This document shows, piece by piece, positions 1 to 9,807 of a stretch of 64,000 nt of DNA. The stretch lies in the NCBI GenBank assembly GCA_030603365.1, contig JAUVXV010000006.1, positions 32,001 to 96,000 of the forward strand. Reading direction: 5' to 3'. Numbering within the stretch: position 1 is the stretch's first letter; every line of letters starts with the position of its first letter. The notes under the pieces are model-generated. The model was not told where the DNA came from. It saw only the letters and a program-made list of their open reading frames with translations, and ran no database searches. A program made the position numbers and the translations under genes. Origin of the DNA: Candidatus Heimdallarchaeota archaeon (GTDB taxonomy: Archaea; Asgardarchaeota; Heimdallarchaeia; Heimdallarchaeales; Heimdallarchaeaceae).

Positions 1-233
1 TACGTTTAAAAAGTGGTTCATAATCTTAATAGTTGTAGTAAAGGCTATGATTACGGGTGTTTTTATAGTAAAATCTAGATAAAAGGAAAGATGGTGCAAG
101 CATTACGAGTTGAGTGTATAGAAGTAAATAATCATCCAGCTTTAAGTAGAACTATGTCATAAACTTGAATTTCATCGGCAACTTAATAGAAAAGTCTTAA
201 AATCAATGCAAATAATCAATAATTGAAGCACTG

Positions 234-1490
234 ATGTCAAGAATGAAAGCGATTCTAAAACGAGGAAAGAAGAAAGATAGAGATTATCCTAAGCAGGTTA
301 ATGGTTTCTTAGAATTTAATTATAGAGGAATCATTTCTGACAATAGAACAGAAGAAAATCCATTAATTGGTTGCGAGAGTTCTGATACACTTTATCTAGA
401 AGGAGAGTATAGAGAAACTCCAGTAAGTTTAATCCTAACTGGAAGTTATGGTGAAGCGATTTCTGAAAATTTAAACAAGAGATTCAGCAACTCCAATCCT
501 TCAGCAATTTATCTTGGTTTTAATACTGATTTTCAAAAATCTTCTGATCTTCCCAGTATTGTATTACCACCAGAAGATAGAGAAATAAACTCTTTTCTTC
601 AAGGAAAGAACTGGTACCAAAAGAACGAAGAGAGAATCAAATCTTATGTAAAAAAAGCTATTAGGAATACTTCAATTGCATTCATTTTTTTAGACAATAA
701 TCCGTTCATACTTGGCTTAATGCAAAATGTCATTACTTACATCAAAGATATGAAGACTCAACCTGTTCTATTCTTGCATCTTCCTTCAGAAGTAGACAAA
801 ATAAACGAAGAATTCTCAATTCTAGCTTTTATCTATAATATATTGAAAAAAGAGACTTCTTTTAATGCACCAATCGTAATCGTAGATGAAAAATACGCAT
901 TGAAATTAAATTCGAACATATCTATAGAAGAAATGCGAAACATGATTATTCAAAGAGAAGCTAATTTAATAGCAGATTTACTTTTAGGAATCTCACAATC
1001 ATCAAATTTCTATCATACAGATCAAAGCAATTTTGACAGAATTTTTAGAGAATCTAATGGAATTTGTCAGCTATTTAGTTTGGATATTTATGATAATAAT
1101 CCAGATCTATCATACCTGTTTAAACGTCATAAAAAAGCTTGTAGTTTTTTAAGCACTGAAAAACCTACTCGGGGATACGTAATTATACAATCTGGAAATG
1201 AAGGTTTAAAAACTGAAATCTACCAGAATATTAGAGAATTTTATGGAAATTCAGATGTGATACTTTCAATATTAAGTAAGAGGGCTAATGGTGCAATTAT
1301 TAGAGGTGTTTATAGTTTTATTTCTACTCCTAGAAATCTTTTAGATAGATATTCAAAATTTGACAAAGTGTCAGTTTTGTTATATGACATTGAAGATCAA
1401 GTTAAAGCAGTAACAAAAGAAAAATTGTATGAAGAGGTTCTAAATGCTAAAAGATTTGAGCTAAAATTATTAGAAGAAGTGAAAAAATAA
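234..1490 (+). CDS. Degenerate tubulin/FtsZ-superfamily protein, probably GTPase-dead paralogue of 7597..8736
   Basis: Colinear motif remnants LILTGSYGEAI (T1), LGFNTD (T2), HLPSEVD (T5), PIVIVDEK (T6), HTDQSNF (T7), GICQLFSLD and IIRGV match the 7597 ORF. The GGGxG signature is replaced by LDNNPFILG. Confidence 0.6.
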   Translation: MSRMKAILKRGKKKDRDYPKQVNGFLEFNYRGIISDNRTEENPLIGCESSDTLYLEGEYRETPVSLILTGSYGEAISENLNKRFSNSNPSAIYLGFNTDFQKSSDLPSIVLPPEDREINSFLQGKNWYQKNEERIKSYVKKAIRNTSIAFIFLDNNPFILGLMQNVITYIKDMKTQPVLFLHLPSEVDKINEEFSILAFIYNILKKETSFNAPIVIVDEKYALKLNSNISIEEMRNMIIQREANLIADLLLGISQSSNFYHTDQSNFDRIFRESNGICQLFSLDIYDNNPDLSYLFKRHKKACSFLSTEKPTRGYVIIQSGNEGLKTEIYQNIREFYGNSDVILSILSKRANGAIIRGVYSFISTPRNLLDRYSKFDKVSVLLYDIEDQVKAVTKEKLYEEVLNAKRFELKLLEEVKK

Positions 1491-1657
1491 GAACCTAGTT
1501 CAGTTATGCAATCAATTTTACAAAGTTGAACCATAAAACATATTAATATTCTATCTTGTTCTTCGTTAAAGTTAAATCTAGTTGAAGGATAGTGTTGTCG
1601 TTAACTTTAAATATCTATCCTAAAACGAGACATCAAAAGTAAATATGAGGATTCACT

Positions 1658-4600
1658 ATGGATAAAAGACTTCGAGTTTTAATAGGTACTTTAATCTTAG
1701 TTGTTACAATTGGCTCAGCTGTAGTGATTGGAATCATCCTTCCTAGAACTTCAATATCTCTGATGAATGAAATCAACTCGAGATTAAATGAATATGGCCG
1801 ATTAAACGACAATGATTTCATTCCACAAGGTGGAATCGAAACCCCATCAGATTGGATGTATACCAACATCTCTGATGTAGATTCAAGATTTTATGATCAA
1901 GCTCATATCGAATTTTTCAATGTAAGTGACCGTGAAGGATATTTAGATTATAATACGCCTATAGCTTATTACTTCGTTCAAGGAGAGCTTGTTTTTGATA
2001 TTACTATAAACAAAACAGTAAAAGCTTACAATATTGAAGATGATTATGTTGTTTATGCTCAAAGAAAACAATACACGTTTAATGAGACTGCATCGTCTTT
2101 AAGTCCTAATGCAACTGTTTTGAATTTTAATTATATGTGGCCTTACTATATAGCTAATTTTGGAAATGGATCAGAGTACGGATTTCAAGCATATATGGCT
2201 GCTTATCTGATTGAATCAGAACTTGAATTAATCAAAGATATTAAAGGATGGACAGATTCTGAAGTAGCTTATGCTACACTAAATAGAGGATATGCTGAAG
2301 CAAATGGAATTGTTGATTTAGGGATATATCTTCCTCATAATTGGATTAGTGTTCGTCCAGCTTATCAAAATCTAGATTTTGACCAAGCAACAAGTTACAA
2401 AATATTCTTCAATGCTACATATAATGGACATGACTATTCTCTGATAACAGGAGAATATGGTTCCCAAAAATATTTCCTTGATATAGTACGAGGATTGTAT
2501 TATGACTCCGGAGATATTACTATAGACCCAGTTCAACTTTTAGCAGACATTTATGGCATAGATACAGCTGCAGAAAGATTATCTGCAATGTCTTTAGCAG
2601 CATATTTGGATTATCTATCAAATCAACCATCATTAGATTGGTTATACGACAATAAAATATCATATGTATGCTCTAGAACTGCAATGGAATGGGTAATGGG
2701 TATTGAGGATCCACTCTTAGGTGAAACATTCCCTCTACTTAAGAATGAAACCATTTCAAGCGACAGTATTAATTGGGATACCGATCTTTATTATGCAGAA
2801 AAATTGGGTACAAATAATATTAAAGACATAAATCAAATCATCGGAATAGCTAACATTCCTTATTACCATTATGCAGAATCAAGTGATGTCACTGTTAGAG
2901 GGAATTATTCATATGTTCAAGAAGGCAATGATATAAAAATTGTTAGAAATGATCATCCTCTATTTATGGCAATAGGTCAATTTGGCGATTATGATGGGGT
3001 CATAGAAGCTTTTGATGTTAATGGAGATCTCATATACGTTGCAGAAGGAACAAACGGATTAGAGATAATTGATGCTTTCAATAAAAGGTATATGGAGAAG
3101 TATTTTCAATGGAGTAATTTTGGTATTGATGATATCCGAGATTTAGAAATTCTTTACTTTGATGAGAACGGTGCTAATGCAACCATGGTTTTTGCAAATG
3201 GTGAGTATGGAACTGTAGTTCTTGTAGAAATTGATGCTGCTACAGGTTTACCAACAGATAATTTCTGGTCAGAAACTGCTGATGGGTCAGTTTATGCAAT
3301 TGATGTAGTAAATGACACATCTTATGCAGCTTATGCAGCCTTGGGACCTGATGGAATTAATACTTTCACAATCGATGCAACAGGATCAGACATTATTACA
3401 CTTGTAAATCACTACACCTCTTTAGACTTTCCTGAACTTACTAATGTCTTAGATGTAAAAGCTGAAGGTTTTTACCTATATGTTCTAGATGAAGTAGAAG
3501 GATTGTTGATATTCCAACTTAGTGCAGCTGGAGTAATCAATTCTCTTGTAGGACAATACACATTCCTTCCAACTGATTCTCATTATACTAACTTCCACCT
3601 AGATATTGATAATGACTTAATTTATCTAACTCAAGGAGAAGATGGTCTAGTAGTAGTTGATATTTCCTCTAAGTCAAGTCCATCAGAAGCATATCGCTTT
3701 ACAGGTGTTGATCATAAGGGAACAGCTTTAGGTGTATATGTAAATGGAACTGATGTTTATCTAGCAGATTTCGAAGAAGGTTTAGTTCATTTACAAATAC
3801 AAGAAGGAACAGGAACCATTGAAGTAATTGCAAAAGACGAACTTCATTCATTTATAGAGAGCTGGCAAAGAAACAGTAGAACTCAATTAGGAGGCTGGGA
3901 TCTTGGTCCAACAGCTGAAATTGAAGGTATAAAATTCAATAGAACATATGCCTCATATTCAACATATCCAAATATTGACAAAGGTTTAAGACTTCAATGG
4001 TCAGATCTTTTCTTAAGACCATTCTCTTACACATCTGAAACAGATACAGCACTTTTCTTTGATGAAATAGTCTATTACTATAAAGCAGAATATCAAATTC
4101 CATATCGTCAGATGGAAGAATTTGATCTATATTGGATGCATGATGCAAACTTTATCAACTCAAGTTACATCTATGTTGGACGATGGGGTCTAGAAACTGG
4201 ATTAGATTTAGATCCTGATGACTTTTTCATAACACATTCGTTGCCAGGACAACCAAGAGATCCTTTCCACATGCATGAAATGTTTGTTGAACCAGTAACT
4301 GGAAGTGTAGTTGAAAGAAGAGATAGAATTCAATACAATAGTATAGCAAGAAAATATATTGAGTTTTATGATTATCTTGATCCATTCAAATTCGGATTAA
4401 ATGAAGAATTCTTTGATCCTGAAGCTGATTTAGAACCTTATCAATTCTATAAAACATGGCATACAACATTTCCAGGATTAGAAGGAGGTATGGGAACAAT
4501 CTTCTGGCAAGAAGATGTCCATCATGCAACTGAAGTATTCTATGATGATATCAAAGAACTGTTCCTTAACAGAATTAAAGGAGCAGATGCTTCCAGAACA

Positions 4601-4690
4601 GGTGGAGCATTTGGTGCTATGTTTTTAGTTACTGTTGGATTTGTTGTAACTTCAGTAGTTCTACAAAGAACAAAACCAAAAGAAGATTAG
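1658..4690 (+). CDS. CD36/SR-BI/LIMP-2-like two-TM membrane protein with inserted LVIVD beta-propeller
   Basis: N- and C-terminal TM helices. Ordered CD36-like motifs FFNVSD, KQYTFNETAS, RTAMEWVMGIEDPLL, GTNNIKDINQI, FVEPVTG..RIQYN, IFWQE. LVIVD repeats (YVAEGTNGLEIID, YLTQGEDGLVVVDIS, YLADFEEGL) lie in the middle. Confidence 0.7.
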   Translation: MDKRLRVLIGTLILVVTIGSAVVIGIILPRTSISLMNEINSRLNEYGRLNDNDFIPQGGIETPSDWMYTNISDVDSRFYDQAHIEFFNVSDREGYLDYNTPIAYYFVQGELVFDITINKTVKAYNIEDDYVVYAQRKQYTFNETASSLSPNATVLNFNYMWPYYIANFGNGSEYGFQAYMAAYLIESELELIKDIKGWTDSEVAYATLNRGYAEANGIVDLGIYLPHNWISVRPAYQNLDFDQATSYKIFFNATYNGHDYSLITGEYGSQKYFLDIVRGLYYDSGDITIDPVQLLADIYGIDTAAERLSAMSLAAYLDYLSNQPSLDWLYDNKISYVCSRTAMEWVMGIEDPLLGETFPLLKNETISSDSINWDTDLYYAEKLGTNNIKDINQIIGIANIPYYHYAESSDVTVRGNYSYVQEGNDIKIVRNDHPLFMAIGQFGDYDGVIEAFDVNGDLIYVAEGTNGLEIIDAFNKRYMEKYFQWSNFGIDDIRDLEILYFDENGANATMVFANGEYGTVVLVEIDAATGLPTDNFWSETADGSVYAIDVVNDTSYAAYAALGPDGINTFTIDATGSDIITLVNHYTSLDFPELTNVLDVKAEGFYLYVLDEVEGLLIFQLSAAGVINSLVGQYTFLPTDSHYTNFHLDIDNDLIYLTQGEDGLVVVDISSKSSPSEAYRFTGVDHKGTALGVYVNGTDVYLADFEEGLVHLQIQEGTGTIEVIAKDELHSFIESWQRNSRTQLGGWDLGPTAEIEGIKFNRTYASYSTYPNIDKGLRLQWSDLFLRPFSYTSETDTALFFDEIVYYYKAEYQIPYRQMEEFDLYWMHDANFINSSYIYVGRWGLETGLDLDPDDFFITHSLPGQPRDPFHMHEMFVEPVTGSVVERRDRIQYNSIARKYIEFYDYLDPFKFGLNEEFFDPEADLEPYQFYKTWHTTFPGLEGGMGTIFWQEDVHHATEVFYDDIKELFLNRIKGADASRTGGAFGAMFLVTVGFVVTSVVLQRTKPKED

Positions 4691-4726
4691 AAATAATCTT
4701 TTTTCTTATTTTATTATTCTTCATTT

Positions 4727-6145
4727 TTATTTATCAGAAATAATTTCGTTCACGTCTAACAGTTGGATTGTATGAGTTTTACCAGAGATTCCAACCATTG
4801 ATCCTGCAACAAGTACCACATTATCAGTTTTTTCTAGATATTTTTGCTCATGCATTTTCCTAATTACATTGTAAACTAACATCTCATAGTCTTGTTCAAA
4901 TTCATGTAAAAATGGTTTTACACCCCAGAATAAACGGGTAACCCGTTTAGTAAAATGGTCTGGGGTTACTGCAAAAATGGGAAGGTTTTTCCTGTTTCGT
5001 GAAACCATACTTGCTGAATAACCAGTCTGAGTTAGTGCAATAATTGCTTTTGCAGACATTCTTTCTGCAAGTTGAACAGCTGAAATACCTATTTCCTTTC
5101 CTATATTTGCTTCAGAATCAGCTGTTAAAAGCATAGGCATATCTAGTGATAGATTTCTTTCAGTTTCACAGATTATTTCCTGCATTGTCTTAAGAACATG
5201 TAAAGGATGTAATCCAGTTGCAGTTTCAGCTGATAACATGAGAGCATCAGCACCGTCGAAAACTGCATGAGCAACATCACTTGCTTCGGCTCTTGTAGGC
5301 AGAGGTTCTTTAGTCATAGATTCGAGCATTTGAGTAGCAACGATAATAGGTTTAGCATATGTCATCCCTAATTTAATTAGCTTCTTCTGAAGTACAGGAA
5401 CTTTAGCAAGACCTACCTCTATTGCTAGATCACCTCTTGCAACCATTAAACCATCACTATATTCAATGATTTCTTGAATATTATCCAAGGGGTCTTTGTG
5501 CTCAATTTTAGCAATAAGATTAATGTTTTTGTTTGTATTTGATTCTACTATTTCTTTGACTTTCTCAAGATCATTTACACTTCTTACAAAAGAGATGAAA
5601 AGAAAATCAGTTTCAAGCTCACATGCTTTTTTTAAATCCTTGATATCCTTAGGAGTAGGAACTCTAATCGATAGATTAGCATCCGGAATATTGATCCCTT
5701 TTCTTGATGAAATCTCTCCACCATCCATAACAGTACAAATAACTTCATTTCCTTTAATCTCTTTAACATCCAACTTTACAAGACCATCATTAATGAAGAT
5801 TGAATTACCAGGAGTAACCTCTTTAGAAAAAGAAGGAAGATTAACAGGAATTAAATCATCCTTACCAACAACATTCCGTGATGTTAGAGTAACGGAGGTT
5901 TTCCTCTTAAGAAGAATCTTACCTTCTAAATTACCTAATCTAATCTTAGGTCCGCTAATATCTATCCCAATAGCCACATCATTGCAGATATTGCGAATTG
6001 ATTCAAATATTTGTTCATGACTTTTATGATCACCATGAGAAAAGTTTAATCGAGCTACATCCATACCTGAATCAATCATTTTCTTAAGAACATCAGTAGA
6101 GCTAGATGCTGGACCAATAGTACAAACAATCTTAGTTAATCTCAA
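4727..6145 (-). CDS. pyk: Pyruvate kinase
   Basis: TKIVCTIGPAS, ARLNFSHG, AKIE, MVARGDL, ATQMLESM, DALMLSAETA. Probable TTG start at 6145 (the ORF track extends to 6169). Confidence 0.97.
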   Translation of the reverse strand: MRLTKIVCTIGPASSSTDVLKKMIDSGMDVARLNFSHGDHKSHEQIFESIRNICNDVAIGIDISGPKIRLGNLEGKILLKRKTSVTLTSRNVVGKDDLIPVNLPSFSKEVTPGNSIFINDGLVKLDVKEIKGNEVICTVMDGGEISSRKGINIPDANLSIRVPTPKDIKDLKKACELETDFLFISFVRSVNDLEKVKEIVESNTNKNINLIAKIEHKDPLDNIQEIIEYSDGLMVARGDLAIEVGLAKVPVLQKKLIKLGMTYAKPIIVATQMLESMTKEPLPTRAEASDVAHAVFDGADALMLSAETATGLHPLHVLKTMQEIICETERNLSLDMPMLLTADSEANIGKEIGISAVQLAERMSAKAIIALTQTGYSASMVSRNRKNLPIFAVTPDHFTKRVTRLFWGVKPFLHEFEQDYEMLVYNVIRKMHEQKYLEKTDNVVLVAGSMVGISGKTHTIQLLDVNEIISDK

Positions 6146-6239
6146 TATTATCAATAGAACTATTATCAATCTTACATTAAAATGTTTACGACCCTATTAC
6201 GAAACGATTAAAAATAAGCAAACAGTATAATGAATTGTT

Positions 6240-7595
6240 ATGGAATCAACTTCTCCAAAATCAATTTCAGTAAAAGCAAAAATTGTTGAACCTGAAGTTG
6301 TCGAATTACCTAAGTATGAATTCGAAGATATGATAAACGAGCATTACAAAAGATTTCCAAGAACTGCTGAAATGGTTGAAAAACCACGGTTTGTGCGTGC
6401 ATTAAAAGAACCTTTTAGAAGATTTTATCTCCTACCTGTTGCACTATTTGGATTAAAATTAAACACAATTCTATCCTTACGATGGAAAAATTATATGAAA
6501 CTGTGGATTTATATTTCAATTCTATTTATACCGACTATTATTTTCACTATAATACCACTCGAATCAGCATTTGAGGGTTTTTCTAATCTAAGATGGATAA
6601 CAGATATCTTGTTTAATGTAGGTACGCCAATACTGATAGCAATATTACTCTCATTATTCTATTTGAAATATACACATGATGGATTTCTAGGATTAGTTCA
6701 AGCTAAAAGAGTAGAATTTATAGAAAAACCTGTAAGGGAATATTATGCAAAATACTATGACAAACCTTTACCAAGAAATCCTTTAATCATTCTGGCATCT
6801 CTTGCTACTGGTATTGGAGTTCAAATCCCAATTCTTCAAATCTCTATCACAGCAGGGTATCCAGTAGCAACTGCGTTTGGAATTCTTGCATGTATTTTTA
6901 ATCCATTCCTCTTCTATATCTTCTTTTTAGCTTCTTACTACATGATTTTGAATACAAGAATCTATGCTAAAACCTTGAAACCATTCAAAGAAAGGATGAA
7001 CGTTTATCTTAAAGAATATGGAACTCTTCTAAGAAAAGACAATTATGATATGATTTGGTCACTTGGTGATAAATGGTCTAAGGGAAGATCTATAAGTCAG
7101 CTTGAAAACATACCTACAGCTGGTATCGTATCAACACTGATTATTATCATTGCAATGGGAATGGGAAATGCAAATGAGTTAATTTACGGAATTAATAATG
7201 GGATGCCAACCCACGGTATAAATTTCTTGTTCCTTAATTCCGATCAACTAATGACAGTCCTTGTTGTAACCATCTCAGCTTTAGTTGCAGCTTTAATGGT
7301 TTTCATAATCTTTATTCCCCTAATAGCTTTTAATGGAAAAGCTAAAAAATTCAAAATTAAAGCTCTGATGGAACTTGATAACTATATCTTTGCTAGTGTA
7401 GTAGAATTTGGAGAGAAGTATTCTGAAGTGGCCAAACAAGAGAGCGTTCAGATGTTACAACTTCGTGAATATATAGCTTCAATGAGAACTTTTCCAATAT
7501 CAACTCAAAAGATATTCAGAACAATTATGGCAATAGCTCTTTGGGTTGTAAATATATTCAAAATTATCAAATCAGTGGGATCTGGAGTGGTTTAG
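6240..7595 (+). CDS. Polytopic membrane protein of unknown function, directly upstream of the tubulin-like gene
   Basis: 451-aa ORF with about 6-7 hydrophobic segments; 1-nt gap to the next ORF. Confidence 0.75.
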   Translation: MESTSPKSISVKAKIVEPEVVELPKYEFEDMINEHYKRFPRTAEMVEKPRFVRALKEPFRRFYLLPVALFGLKLNTILSLRWKNYMKLWIYISILFIPTIIFTIIPLESAFEGFSNLRWITDILFNVGTPILIAILLSLFYLKYTHDGFLGLVQAKRVEFIEKPVREYYAKYYDKPLPRNPLIILASLATGIGVQIPILQISITAGYPVATAFGILACIFNPFLFYIFFLASYYMILNTRIYAKTLKPFKERMNVYLKEYGTLLRKDNYDMIWSLGDKWSKGRSISQLENIPTAGIVSTLIIIIAMGMGNANELIYGINNGMPTHGINFLFLNSDQLMTVLVVTISALVAALMVFIIFIPLIAFNGKAKKFKIKALMELDNYIFASVVEFGEKYSEVAKQESVQMLQLREYIASMRTFPISTQKIFRTIMAIALWVVNIFKIIKSVGSGVV

Positions 7596-7596
7596 A

Positions 7597-8736
7597 ATGT
7601 CCTGGCTAAAGAAAAAACTGTTTAAGAAGAAAATTTCTATTGCTGTTATAGGAGTAGGAAATGCAGGATGCAGAATAGGTGATAAACTTGTTCACCATCT
7701 AAGAGAAAGTAGAATAACTGTCAAGTCATTAGCTATTAATCAGAGTGACAACTTTGATCCTAAGGTGAATAACTTCGCTGACCATTATTGGTTTGGTTCA
7801 AAAGACTCACCATCTTCAGATTATGAACTAGAAAGAGTTTTAGAACAATTAACTCAAAATGAACAACAATTACAGGATCATATTGAAAAGGTTCTTTTCT
7901 ATAAAAAACATGATAGAAGAGATGTGGAAGATTTAGCTCTGCATTTAATTGTTGGAAGTGGTGGAGGGGCTGGTAGTGCTGGTGCTATGAAGGTTAGTAA
8001 GATTATTGCTGAACAAACTGGAGTTCCCCCTACTGTTATTTTTGTTATCCCAGAGAAAAATGAACCATCACTAGTTCAATATAATTCAGCTAGAGCTCTT
8101 CACTATCTAGGATTTGATTATCAAGGTCCTAATTGTCCAATAATTCTTTTTGATAATGATAAATTATTGAACTTATTCAAAGAAGAAACTATTGAAATAG
8201 CCTTAGAAAAGAGCAATGAGTTCTTAGTAGATTCTTTAACAACAACAATACTAGCTGCACTCCAAGAAAGTACTCACGAAGAATTCAACGCAGATTTAAC
8301 TGATTTCTTTCAATCGTTCACAGAAGAAGCAAGGGGTCTAGGAGTAATTATTTCTTTAGACAAGGAATTTGAATCACTAGAAAAAGCACAGAGTATTAGG
8401 TTCTCAGATTTATTCTTTAACGAACTTGATGAGAGTTCAAGTCTCACAGCTGACATAACAAGAGCAAAACTTGGATTTCTAGCAATTACTTCCCCAACAA
8501 CTTATCAAGCTACATTTGAGACAAGAAAGATTGTTAAGAAATTCGAACGAGGAAATATTAAAGTATCTCTCAATTCTATTGATGAACCTATTTTAACTAT
8601 AAGAGGGGTAATTACAGGAATTCACCCAGATTATGTTGAAAGGTTCTGGGAAGTGCTAGAAAAAGGTAGAGATAGTCGTAAGAAGGTTGTAGAGACAGAA
8701 GAGAAACTGAAGCAAGCTTATATGAAACTTGAGTAA
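7597..8736 (+). CDS. Divergent tubulin/FtsZ/CetZ-superfamily GTPase
   Basis: IAVIGVGNAGCRIGD (T1), GSGGGAGSAG (T4 signature variant), VIPEKNE, ILFDND, FNADLTD (T7). Basic amphipathic N-terminus MSWLKKKLFKKK. Confidence 0.88.
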   Translation: MSWLKKKLFKKKISIAVIGVGNAGCRIGDKLVHHLRESRITVKSLAINQSDNFDPKVNNFADHYWFGSKDSPSSDYELERVLEQLTQNEQQLQDHIEKVLFYKKHDRRDVEDLALHLIVGSGGGAGSAGAMKVSKIIAEQTGVPPTVIFVIPEKNEPSLVQYNSARALHYLGFDYQGPNCPIILFDNDKLLNLFKEETIEIALEKSNEFLVDSLTTTILAALQESTHEEFNADLTDFFQSFTEEARGLGVIISLDKEFESLEKAQSIRFSDLFFNELDESSSLTADITRAKLGFLAITSPTTYQATFETRKIVKKFERGNIKVSLNSIDEPILTIRGVITGIHPDYVERFWEVLEKGRDSRKKVVETEEKLKQAYMKLE

Positions 8737-8773
8737 GAATTTGAATTCTTACATTCTCATTCTTTTTTAATAG

Positions 8774-9775
8774 ATGCAAATCGATATAAAGATACAAACT
8801 TCTCTTATCTTGAATATAATGAGTGTTACCCGAGATTGCCCAAACTGCTTTCGGAAAATAAAAACATCATCAAAATTCTGCAAATTTTGTGGAACCACTC
8901 TCAAGATTTGTCTAGAATGTCAAACTATCAACAAAGCTAATGATGCTTTCTGTGCAGAATGTGGGTTCGATATTAAAGATGTAGAAGTAGCTGAGGGTTT
9001 TTCAGAGGTAACAGATTCTGTCGAAACTAGTTCAGAAGAGGATTTTACTCTTACAGAGGATGGAGTTGAAGAAGATCAAATAAAGCAAGAACGAAAATTA
9101 GTGATGTGGCCACCAATTTCACAATCAAGATATCTTTCGCAAGCTAGACCTCAACCAAAAGTAAAACCATATATGAAATATCTAGAGGAAGGACCTAGTT
9201 ATGAACCTAAAAAGCTAAGCTATACATATAACAGAGTAAGATTGCTAGGATTTCTCAGTGGACCTTTACCAACCTCTAATGTTTTAAGTTCAGTAGTAGA
9301 AGCTTTTGGAATTGCTTTAGCTCTAATAGCTGGTGGGATAGTGATTTTTTCCATAGGGATGGCATTCTTTCAATATATTATCTTTCCAATTATTGCAGGA
9401 ATAATAGGTGGAGCTTTATTATTATCGGCACCTTTCTTTGGTATCTATTACGTTAGTTCAAATTGGTTGTATAGAGCATTCAAAATTATGAGACCAGTAA
9501 AACTGAAAACTATTGTATGGAATTATACTCTAGCTTCTCTAATATTTTCATTGATAGGATTAATGTTTGCACCAATTTTATTAGAAGGAGGAGCTTTAGG
9601 AATTACTCTAGCAGTAGTTGGTGGGATAGTATACACAATGGGGTTAATAGTTGTACCTCTAAAAGCATATTTAGCAGATCTAGTATATGTTAAAGCTGCT
9701 GTAGACCTCAGGGATTCAGAACCAAAAGAAGAAAAAGTAGTCACTAAAGAAAACAAGAAAAATGGGGAGAAATAA
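8774..9775 (+). CDS. Double zinc-ribbon membrane protein
   Basis: CPNC, CKFCG, CLEC and CAECG pairs, an acidic linker and about 4 C-terminal TM helices. True start may be ATG at 8819. Confidence 0.8.
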   Translation: MQIDIKIQTSLILNIMSVTRDCPNCFRKIKTSSKFCKFCGTTLKICLECQTINKANDAFCAECGFDIKDVEVAEGFSEVTDSVETSSEEDFTLTEDGVEEDQIKQERKLVMWPPISQSRYLSQARPQPKVKPYMKYLEEGPSYEPKKLSYTYNRVRLLGFLSGPLPTSNVLSSVVEAFGIALALIAGGIVIFSIGMAFFQYIIFPIIAGIIGGALLLSAPFFGIYYVSSNWLYRAFKIMRPVKLKTIVWNYTLASLIFSLIGLMFAPILLEGGALGITLAVVGGIVYTMGLIVVPLKAYLADLVYVKAAVDLRDSEPKEEKVVTKENKKNGEK

Positions 9776-9807
9776 AGATATATCTTGTATAATTTCTCCT
9801 AACGGTT

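Noticed and set aside
5496-6020. Antisense/overlapping ORFs in the track (e.g. 5496, 16022, 20647, 21762, 31067, 43513, 55930, 62240)
   Set aside because: They are shadows of well-supported genes on the other strand or frame, with no motifs
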